This document shows, piece after piece, positions 57,125 through 64,000 of a stretch of 64,000 bases of DNA. The notes below the pieces were generated by a model, which did no database searches, was not told the DNA's origin, and saw only the letters and a list, made by a program, of their open reading frames with translations. The translations under genes and the position numbers were made by a program. The DNA comes from a virus: IMG/VR virus record IMGVR_UViG_3300032251_000001, positions 32,001-96,000 of that record. One strand, written 5' to 3'. Position 1 is the first letter of the stretch; every line of letters starts with the position of its first letter.

Positions 57125-57445
57125 TTAAATTATCATATTCATAATCATCCTTCTAACACTGTCATATAGAAATACTTCAGTAGTAATCATTGGTATTGTC
57201 ATTATTGACTGGTATGAGTTTAATATACCATATAAATCTTCATCATCTCTTGATGCAGGTATATCCATTATCATTATTACACATTCGTCACTGTTTGCTG
57301 CATTTATCTTATATGTAAAATGATAATTATTACTAACCATTATTATAACTTCATGTTTTTGATATACTAAAATTGATGGTATTCTTTCTTCCGTTTCTTT
57401 AACGAATCTTTCTACTGCTTGTTTAAAATTATCAATTAGTATCAT
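57125..57445 (-). CDS. hypothetical protein, DNF..A..RF.KE family
   Basis: IDNFKQAVERFVKETE. Confidence 0.65.
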   Translation of the reverse strand: MILIDNFKQAVERFVKETEERIPSILVYQKHEVIIMVSNNYHFTYKINAANSDECVIMIMDIPASRDDEDLYGILNSYQSIMTIPMITTEVFLYDSVRRMIMNMII

Positions 57446-57869
57446 ATTCTTTAATATCCTTAATACTTATTTGTGATATTGGTGGTAAGAACTCAGCATA
57501 ATTTCTTCTAGTAGCCATGATTTTTGGTAAAGGTTGTATTAGATTACCTGGATTTAAATCTGCTGCCATAGTTAATTCTCTAATTTTAGTATATAGATAA
57601 TCTACAGTATTATCTGTTAGATTATAATCAACTTCTAGATTATTGAAGTGAGCTACATCATTAGGGTCTAAGTTTCTACTTCTAACTATTACATATGATT
57701 CATTGTAATGTCCAGTTTCATTATATGCGAACACATAACTATTACTTTGTAAAGTCACCCTATTATTATGTGTCATAAGAATATTTTGCATCTCTTCTAT
57801 ACATATTAATTTACCATCATCTATTTCTTTTATAAACCTTTCTAATGCTTTTACAAAGTTATCTATCAT
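57432..57869 (-). CDS. hypothetical protein, DNF..A..RF.KE family
   Basis: IDNFVKALERFIKEID. Confidence 0.65.
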   Translation of the reverse strand: MIDNFVKALERFIKEIDDGKLICIEEMQNILMTHNNRVTLQSNSYVFAYNETGHYNESYVIVRSRNLDPNDVAHFNNLEVDYNLTDNTVDYLYTKIRELTMAADLNPGNLIQPLPKIMATRRNYAEFLPPISQISIKDIKEYDTN

Positions 57870-58464
57870 ACTTTATCTTCAATTCTATATCTATATCATA
57901 TGCTCTTGTGATGGCTGATAAGTCATTTTTAATAATGTATAAAGGATTAGACATCTTATTAATTTTGAATAAGAATAACGATACATAATCACGTTCTAAT
58001 ATCAAAATATCTTCATCTGGATAATTCTTTAGCTCTTCCATTACCTTTCCAGCATCTTTATAGAATAATGTTACATTTATTTCCTTATTGAAGAAATCTT
58101 TTAAATATTCAAGGTTATTTAACTTATTCAGTGTTGTTTTAGATATCTTAGACTCTCTACTAATGACAACATTTAACATGTTCTCTTCAAAATAATCTTC
58201 TGAGAAGTCATCTCCCATTCTTCTATTACATGTAGGACATTTGAATCCATAAATACCATCATCATCTAATTCTTCATCATCAAAGGTCATGTTAGGATGT
58301 ATCTTTAATAAACCATCACAGTCATTAAAGATACATTCAACATATGTTTCAATTAATTCACTAACTCTGTATGACTTATCAATCTTGTCTTCAGCTTTAA
58401 TTAAATTATAACCTTTATTTACACCTGTACCTTCAAGTTTTCTTCTAACTATATATCTACTCAT
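57859..58464 (-). CDS. zinc-ribbon-containing protein
   Basis: ECIFNDC ... KCPTC. Confidence 0.6.
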   Translation of the reverse strand: MSRYIVRRKLEGTGVNKGYNLIKAEDKIDKSYRVSELIETYVECIFNDCDGLLKIHPNMTFDDEELDDDGIYGFKCPTCNRRMGDDFSEDYFEENMLNVVISRESKISKTTLNKLNNLEYLKDFFNKEINVTLFYKDAGKVMEELKNYPDEDILILERDYVSLFLFKINKMSNPLYIIKNDLSAITRAYDIDIELKIKYDR

Positions 58465-58475
58465 TCATAGTCTCC

Positions 58476-58697
58476 TTATTCTACATCATCTCCATAGATT
58501 TCTAATATTCTATCAAATAGATTATTAACTTCCTCCAATGATTCTGGGTCACTTACTATATCTATGAAATCTTCTTCAGTTGGCTCATCAGGAACAAACA
58601 AAATCCATAACATGTATGCATTTTCATCATTAACTTTTCTTATTACATCATGCTTACGCTTTAATTCTTCTACTGCTGCTTTAATTACATCTTTCAT
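58476..58697 (-). CDS. hypothetical acidic protein
   Basis: SD AAAGGAG. Confidence 0.6.
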   Translation of the reverse strand: MKDVIKAAVEELKRKHDVIRKVNDENAYMLWILFVPDEPTEEDFIDIVSDPESLEEVNNLFDRILEIYGDDVE

Positions 58698-58710
58698 AAT
58701 ATCTCCTTTT

Positions 58711-59310
58711 CTAGGTTATAGTTATCTTATGTGATATAGCTACTTGAGGGTCTATAAATGTACGTCTCTCCATCATGGTATTAAACTTAGGTTGAGGTAT
58801 CATCTCTACAGGCGTTACAATTGCATGATTTTTCATCATATGTGATTTAAACTGTTTTCTCATTAAATTAAATGAATTTAATACAGAATCAAATGATTTA
58901 TCAGCAGTTAATTCTTGATTAAGTTCTAACTCCATTACAAATGCTTTTAGCTCGTTTATCAACTCTTTTTCAGAATTGAAATGTAAATAAAATAGATGTA
59001 CATCGTCATTATAAAATGGTGAGTACATATCAGATAATGTTACATTCATGATTATAGAGTTAGTACAATTAGCTAATGATGGGTAATATTCAATAGTCTT
59101 AAATATAAAGCTTTCATAATTACGATAATAATCAACTAAAAAGTTAGTAATTACACTTAATAAATGGTCTAAAGGGTCTTCAGAACTTACTGAAGGTGTA
59201 AAAGTTGGATAAGTTAATTCTTGTATCATTCCATCATCTGAACTCATATCTCTAACTTCTTTAACTTTTATATAGCGTCCTCTACCACTATCTATCTTTC
59301 GATATTCCAT
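58711..59310 (-). CDS. hypothetical protein, paralog of 62426..62869
   Basis: LFYLHFNSEKELINELKAFVMELELNQEL vs LFYITFNNHGELVQELRECMIQLELNREL. Confidence 0.65.
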   Translation of the reverse strand: MEYRKIDSGRGRYIKVKEVRDMSSDDGMIQELTYPTFTPSVSSEDPLDHLLSVITNFLVDYYRNYESFIFKTIEYYPSLANCTNSIIMNVTLSDMYSPFYNDDVHLFYLHFNSEKELINELKAFVMELELNQELTADKSFDSVLNSFNLMRKQFKSHMMKNHAIVTPVEMIPQPKFNTMMERRTFIDPQVAISHKITIT

Positions 59311-59321
59311 TATACCTCCTA

Positions 59322-59516
59322 CTAATCAATTCCATTTTTTAATAGAATTTCTACTCTAGCTTGTTGTTCCCAAGTCTTAAAGTGAAGTTCACATCCACAG
59401 CCATCACATAGTAGTTTTTTAATACCATCATGACTAGCAGATACCATTGACATATCATCCTCACATAGAGGACATTGAATACATTTCTTTGTAACTGTTC
59501 GTTGATTTACCTTCAT
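59322..59516 (-). CDS. small zinc-ribbon protein
   Basis: QCPLC ... LCDGC. Confidence 0.65.
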   Translation of the reverse strand: MKVNQRTVTKKCIQCPLCEDDMSMVSASHDGIKKLLCDGCGCELHFKTWEQQARVEILLKNGID

Positions 59517-59525
59517 TCAGTCCTC

Positions 59526-59804
59526 CTACTCAAATTCAAATCCAGCTATTGCTGATGCTAATCTACCTTGTGTTGTTTCTATTGTACCAAATCTATTGTG
59601 CTTAACAGTGTATTCAGCTGCTTTCTTAGTATTTATAAACTCCAACTTAGTACTGATTATAAGGGTATCACCTACTTTACATTCTTTAAGAAGTTTAGGT
59701 GTAAAGTTATTAAATCTACACTTATCTTTATCTATTGATTTAATAGTTAATACTCTACTTTCTAATGGTATTGATACTTCATACTTTGCAACATAATGAC
59801 TCAT
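59526..59804 (-). CDS. hypothetical protein
   Basis: SD AGGAGG. Confidence 0.6.
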   Translation of the reverse strand: MSHYVAKYEVSIPLESRVLTIKSIDKDKCRFNNFTPKLLKECKVGDTLIISTKLEFINTKKAAEYTVKHNRFGTIETTQGRLASAIAGFEFE

Positions 59805-59806
59805 AA

Positions 59807-60226
59807 TTAATTTACCCTTTCTACTATCTTTGCGAATTCAGATATTATTGCACATATAATTTCTCCAGGCTTTTGGACTCTGGCTGAATAATCATTGTAC
59901 AATACCTCAATGTTAAAACCATTTATTCCTAACTTAACAACTCTACCTATAGTAGAATTTGGTTTTAGTACTGTAGGGTTATGATATGTATGCATATCCC
60001 TAACAGTGACTAAATCACCAACAATAATATCATTTCTACGACCTTCAATTATATTATCTATCATCATACATCTTACTTGTTCTGATACGTAAGTTCTATT
60101 AGCATAATTGTGACCGTCCATATGTAATTTATGGTCTTTCCAACCTTTAATATCAGGTGTCATCTTAAGCTCTTCATAATCTTGAAGTTTATATGTTTTA
60201 CCATTAAATTCAATAACTTTAAGCAT
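59807..60226 (-). CDS. hypothetical protein
   Basis: ORF in operon. Confidence 0.6.
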   Translation of the reverse strand: MLKVIEFNGKTYKLQDYEELKMTPDIKGWKDHKLHMDGHNYANRTYVSEQVRCMMIDNIIEGRRNDIIVGDLVTVRDMHTYHNPTVLKPNSTIGRVVKLGINGFNIEVLYNDYSARVQKPGEIICAIISEFAKIVERVN

Positions 60227-60228
60227 GT

Positions 60229-60546
60229 CTACTCTCCTCTTAAATAGTTTACTTTCTTATAGAATACATGGAATACTAACTCATGTAAGTGTGAATGTCC
60301 TTGTCTAATCTGAACTGTACCTAAAAATGTATAATCAGATATGTTATAATCTAATAAGTGTCCAGTTCCTACCATCTTAATACTAAATCGATTAGGTCTT
60401 TCCATTGAATCATCATTGATAAAGTAAGCTTTTATTTCATCATTCTGATTGATTACGCTTAGGAATTCATTAGACTTACAATATACTTCTTGTTTACCTA
60501 TAATATCTAATGACTCTTTAAATATTTTCTTCATAATAACCTCCAA
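60229..60546 (-). CDS. hypothetical phage protein
   Basis: ORF in operon; GTG..LD...YLGTVQ-like segment. Confidence 0.6.
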   Translation of the reverse strand: MEVIMKKIFKESLDIIGKQEVYCKSNEFLSVINQNDEIKAYFINDDSMERPNRFSIKMVGTGHLLDYNISDYTFLGTVQIRQGHSHLHELVFHVFYKKVNYLRGE

Positions 60547-60548
60547 TG

Positions 60549-61439
60549 TTATATTACTTCAATTATTACATCATTTGTACGTGTGTACAAATCATCATAT
60601 TCATCAATAACAGTTATAATTTTAAATACCTGAATTCCATTAAGTTTTTCAATCTTAGTCAGTATTACTGAATAATCACCACTTTTTACTTTAATGATAA
60701 GTGTTTCATTTATATCAACTGAATTGATTTTCTTTTGATGAATTCTAAACGTAGGAATAAATTTTTTCAGTATTGATGTCATACCAATGTTTCGTAAAGT
60801 TAGTCTTTCAATTATTGCATGTTTCGTAAATTTAATAGTGTACTCTGTTGATTTAATACTAAATATTAGTGTATCATTACTCATCATGGCTGTTTGTTTA
60901 TCTTTGTAACTATCAGGTTTAGGTTTACTTAACTTATCATTCATTACTGAACTTTTACTAAATGATAGTTCGTCAAACATAGATACTATTTTAGTGTTAC
61001 TTAATTTAATAAAAATCCCTAACGTAGTATTATTAAATTGCAATCTAAGATATTCATCCATAGCTAAAATTGTTAAAAGATTTATATCCATTTTATTTTT
61101 ACTTAAAAATGGACGTCCATCTGATGTACGATTAGTCTTTGCAAGTTTAAATACATATGACGCAATTCTAGCATTAACTTCACCAACAGGTATGCCACAA
61201 TTCTTTAGAATTTCATCACTAAATGTCTCATCAGTATTATATCTTTCTATAAATTCTCTATTGATATCTATATAAAATAATGTATACTCTTTAATGATAT
61301 TAGATTTCTTTAATTCAATGTAATAATGTACTTTATTATTTTCAATATCCAACTTGTTGCGTAAATAACCTCTCTTATATTTTTTCCCCCAACTTGTTTT
61401 TAACCTATTATCTTTAAACTTTTTCTCTAAACTATTCAT
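60549..61439 (-). CDS. protein with C-terminal RelE/DUF4258-like RNase-fold domain
   Basis: IKFTKHAIIERLTLRNI ... FKIITVID; early promoter 61469-61453. Confidence 0.45.
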   Translation of the reverse strand: MNSLEKKFKDNRLKTSWGKKYKRGYLRNKLDIENNKVHYYIELKKSNIIKEYTLFYIDINREFIERYNTDETFSDEILKNCGIPVGEVNARIASYVFKLAKTNRTSDGRPFLSKNKMDINLLTILAMDEYLRLQFNNTTLGIFIKLSNTKIVSMFDELSFSKSSVMNDKLSKPKPDSYKDKQTAMMSNDTLIFSIKSTEYTIKFTKHAIIERLTLRNIGMTSILKKFIPTFRIHQKKINSVDINETLIIKVKSGDYSVILTKIEKLNGIQVFKIITVIDEYDDLYTRTNDVIIEVI

Positions 61440-61555
61440 AATACCCTCCTATTCACTATTATAATATATGTTTTATTTATATTTTGAATCAATATATAGA
61501 TATATATTATAGAACTAGACAAAGGATAAAACTATATTAATAAAAGGAGATTATT

Positions 61556-62089
61556 ATGACAACATTAAAGACAGAACAGATTCTACAAGAGAAATTAAAG
61601 AAATATTGGATGTTTAAAGAACTAAATCACCATATACCTGAACTACAAGGTAATACCTTAGATTATTTAAAGGGAGAAAAGACTAGATTTTCATCTAAAT
61701 ATACTAACTGTTTAGCTATTAATCTAAGTGGGAAAGGTCATCATGATATTGGTATTATAAATTCATGCAATTTAAACAATGATAAGTCTACTCTTAGATT
61801 TGAAATTATTTATAAGATGGGTAAGAAGACAACTAATTGGAACTGTAGTAATACTTTAGTATTTCCTAATAAACATATAGCTATTATGGAATTACTAAAC
61901 ACTTTAGATGATGAGATGGAAGAAGTTGAAGAACCTTCTAAAACATTTATGTTATCTTGCATTAAGTGCTTCTATGGTGCTGATATTGATTCATGCTTAG
62001 AGATTAGAGATGGAAAGATTATGGTAGTATGTGGAAATTGTGGAAACGTTCATGAAACTAATGTAGGATTAGCTTTTGTTCAGAAATAA
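61556..62089 (+). CDS. hypothetical protein with C-terminal zinc ribbon
   Basis: SCIKC ... VCGNC; SD AAAGGAG. Confidence 0.6.
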   Translation: MTTLKTEQILQEKLKKYWMFKELNHHIPELQGNTLDYLKGEKTRFSSKYTNCLAINLSGKGHHDIGIINSCNLNNDKSTLRFEIIYKMGKKTTNWNCSNTLVFPNKHIAIMELLNTLDDEMEEVEEPSKTFMLSCIKCFYGADIDSCLEIRDGKIMVVCGNCGNVHETNVGLAFVQK

Positions 62090-62106
62090 TTAAGAGGAGA
62101 TTTAAT

Positions 62107-62442
62107 ATGTATGACATCCAAGTAAAGAATATGAAAGTATATAAGGGGAATGAACCTTATGACTTGAAAGTTGACAGAAGTAGTGTACTCGGTAATAAAT
62201 TCTTCATGAATAATGAGAGTGAACGTGACAGAGTGTGTGAGAAATACGCAGAATGGTTGGAAACTAAGATTATTAGTAAAGATGAAAACATTATGAATGA
62301 ACTGTATAAACTTTATGATACTTATCAAATGTACAATCAGCTGAACTTACTATGTTGGTGTAGTCCTAAAAGATGTCATGCAGATTATATCAAGAAAGTT
62401 ATAATTAGAGCCTTAGAATGTGTAGATGGAGGAAAGATTTAA
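62107..62442 (+). CDS. DUF4326-family protein
   Basis: VDRSSVLGNKF...RDRVCEKYAEWL...LLCWCSPKRCHADYI. Confidence 0.85.
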   Translation: MYDIQVKNMKVYKGNEPYDLKVDRSSVLGNKFFMNNESERDRVCEKYAEWLETKIISKDENIMNELYKLYDTYQMYNQLNLLCWCSPKRCHADYIKKVIIRALECVDGGKI

Positions 62443-62869
62443 CATGGAATATAGAGTTATTAAAAATGTTGTAGATAAATTTGTAGAAGGTGGGTATACA
62501 AGAGATGAAGGAGATTCAATTGAAAACATATCTATACCTGATGACTATTTATTTAATGACTTAGAAGATGCTATGAATTACATTAATAATTATTTAGAAA
62601 TATATTTACATGAAAGTAATATATACGTGCATGAAATTCAAATATATCCTTTATCTAAACTAGGTAGAAATCCTTTAATGCTTAGAGTTATGCTTGATGA
62701 ATATGAAGATGATTTAATGTTATTCTATATAACATTTAATAATCATGGAGAGTTAGTACAAGAACTAAGAGAGTGTATGATTCAGCTAGAGTTGAATAGA
62801 GAACTAAATGTACCTACTAAAAAAGAACAACATGATAAAGAATTGCATGATAGATTAATGAACCAATAG
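62426..62869 (+). CDS. hypothetical protein, paralog of 58711..59310
   Basis: See paralog; start probably MEYRVIK (MEYRKID in the paralog). Confidence 0.65.
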   Translation: MEERFNMEYRVIKNVVDKFVEGGYTRDEGDSIENISIPDDYLFNDLEDAMNYINNYLEIYLHESNIYVHEIQIYPLSKLGRNPLMLRVMLDEYEDDLMLFYITFNNHGELVQELRECMIQLELNRELNVPTKKEQHDKELHDRLMNQ

Positions 62870-62877
62870 GAGGAATT

Positions 62878-63183
62878 ATGAAGAAATTTAGAAGAAGTTT
62901 TGATGAAGTAAGATACTATATTAAGTTACTATCTGAAAATGGAACACCTGCATTAGATATATTGGAATACATTAAGAAAAAGACATCTGACATCAAGGTA
63001 TCTAATCAAAGATTGCAGCAATATCTAATACTATCTCAATATTTATATGGTAAGATAGATGTTGCTGAAATAACACAAGATGATATCAGTGAACAGATAA
63101 ATATTATCACTATTAATGATGCCATGTTCTATAAACTTTGCGATATACTTGAGAGCATGTGTGAAAATCTTAAATTAATCTAA
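62878..63183 (+). CDS. hypothetical protein
   Basis: SD AGGAGG. Confidence 0.6.
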   Translation: MKKFRRSFDEVRYYIKLLSENGTPALDILEYIKKKTSDIKVSNQRLQQYLILSQYLYGKIDVAEITQDDISEQINIITINDAMFYKLCDILESMCENLKLI

Positions 63184-63192
63184 GGAGAGTTT

Positions 63193-63453
63193 ATGAGAAA
63201 GAAATTAACATGGTTAGTTATAATACTAACAACATTATCAACTATTGAAGCTATAAAATATATTTATTTTAGAAAATATATAGATAGTTTTGAGTTGTGG
63301 ACGATATTACTTACTGTACCTTATTTAATATCAATATTAATACTAAGAGCTAAATACAGTGACCCAGGATACATTAACCATAGGGTATATAAATTTAACT
63401 TTATATGTAGTATACTTATCATAGGTACAATTATATTTAGAAACTGTATATAA
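63193..63453 (+). CDS. three-TM membrane protein
   Basis: Three hydrophobic helices; SD AAGGAG. Confidence 0.65.
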   Translation: MRKKLTWLVIILTTLSTIEAIKYIYFRKYIDSFELWTILLTVPYLISILILRAKYSDPGYINHRVYKFNFICSILIIGTIIFRNCI

Positions 63454-63471
63454 CATATTATTAACTAAATA

Positions 63472-63858
63472 ATGAAAGAAGGGATAATTATGATAGAACA
63501 CTTATCTGAAGCTATGAGAGTTCCAGATGCTATTGAAGATGAAGCAACTAAAATTGTAAGAGAGATGGTTATTTTAGTTGAGAATAATGACGAAAAGTAT
63601 GCTGACTTTATTATTCACTTCAAAAACATTACTAAGAATAAGTTAATGTATGCTACACAATACATCATTGAAGTATATTTATATGGTGTTAAAGAAGGTT
63701 ATGTTAGTGGAGTACCTTTCCACAATCAACAATCTGTTGTAGATAGACTGTATTCAGTTAATACTAAACCATCAATTAAATCATATAATTCTTATTATCG
63801 TGATGCTATTAAAGCTGATGCTGTTATTGGAAAGTATATGGTAAAAACTATTATCTAA
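63472..63858 (+). CDS. hypothetical protein, late-type promoter
   Basis: AACA-TATTAT-TA at 63452-63463. Confidence 0.55.
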   Translation: MKEGIIMIEHLSEAMRVPDAIEDEATKIVREMVILVENNDEKYADFIIHFKNITKNKLMYATQYIIEVYLYGVKEGYVSGVPFHNQQSVVDRLYSVNTKPSIKSYNSYYRDAIKADAVIGKYMVKTII

Positions 63859-63868
63859 GGAGATAATT

Positions 63869-64000
63869 ATGAAAGAATCAGTCAAGTTATTTTTCAAACA
63901 GTTATTTTGTAAACACTCTTGGGACAATATGGGTACTCATATGATTCATGGGGGTATGAATAAAGCAACTGAATACCACTGTTCTAAGTGTAAGAAGGAA
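63869..64000 (+). CDS. small zinc-binding protein, truncated by the window end
   Basis: SD AAGGAG; MKESVKLFFKQLFCKHSW...YHCSKCKKE. Confidence 0.6.
   Translation, partial: MKESVKLFFKQLFCKHSWDNMGTHMIHGGMNKATEYHCSKCKKE

Noticed and set aside
1324-61275. Opposite-strand or alternate-frame ORFs in the track (e.g. 1324-1545, 2463-3089, 3805-4155, 4165-4437, 5033-5218, 6653-6904, 13715-13942, 15694-16071, 23861-24190, 25391-25735, 25865-26134, 60994-61275)
   Set aside because: They lie within longer, motif-supported genes, lack SD sites and have the Ser/Leu/Phe/Ile-rich composition of antisense shadows
1-64000. CRISPR array, DGR, retron, IS or integrase, group I/II intron
   Set aside because: No repeat-spacer array, reverse transcriptase, transposase or recombinase motif, or split gene seen by eye; covariance searches were not run
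1-64000. Stop-codon reassignment
   Set aside because: Long genes are intact in code 11; TAA, TAG and TGA all end genes, with the next gene abutting; no suppressor tRNA seen

Overview
A 64 kb slice of a very AT-rich jumbo myophage genome, most likely of the phiKZ/AR9/PBS1-like lineage that uses phage-encoded RNA polymerases. Strong GGAGG Shine-Dalgarno sites and GH73, YdbC and Spo0E-like genes suggest a Bacillota host. No host chromosomal genes, CRISPR array, IS element or intron were seen. Recognisable genes: internal head/ejection protein paralogs with LxE-type propeptides, scattered baseplate genes, a GroEL-like chaperonin, a vWA protein, a probable nvRNAP specificity subunit, a resolvase-like nuclease, primase, RNase HI, a flap endonuclease, a minimal PolB-like protein, a guanylate-kinase-like protein, two membrane-anchored peptidoglycan hydrolases, a DHH phosphoesterase, an orphan HicA and tRNA-Asn. 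Many small paralogous unknown ORFs fill 37-64 kb. Two promoter classes can be read by eye. AACA-N6-TA/G precedes structural genes and matches the AR9 uracil-dependent late promoter. ATATATTATA-N4-TGA occurs at least 13 times and is early-like. The most striking unexplained structure is a promoter-to-terminator non-coding unit at 9183-9632 (minus strand). It holds three structured RNA modules, including a 181-nt RNA of 6S-like size and shape, followed by tRNA-Asn. Other candidates are a structured RNA at 49470-49640, a -1 frameshift in the tail/baseplate chaperone, and two related non-coding loci (52.3-53.1 kb and 55.8-56.5 kb) that may be termini or origins. All protein calls come from manual motif reading; no database search or folding program was run.
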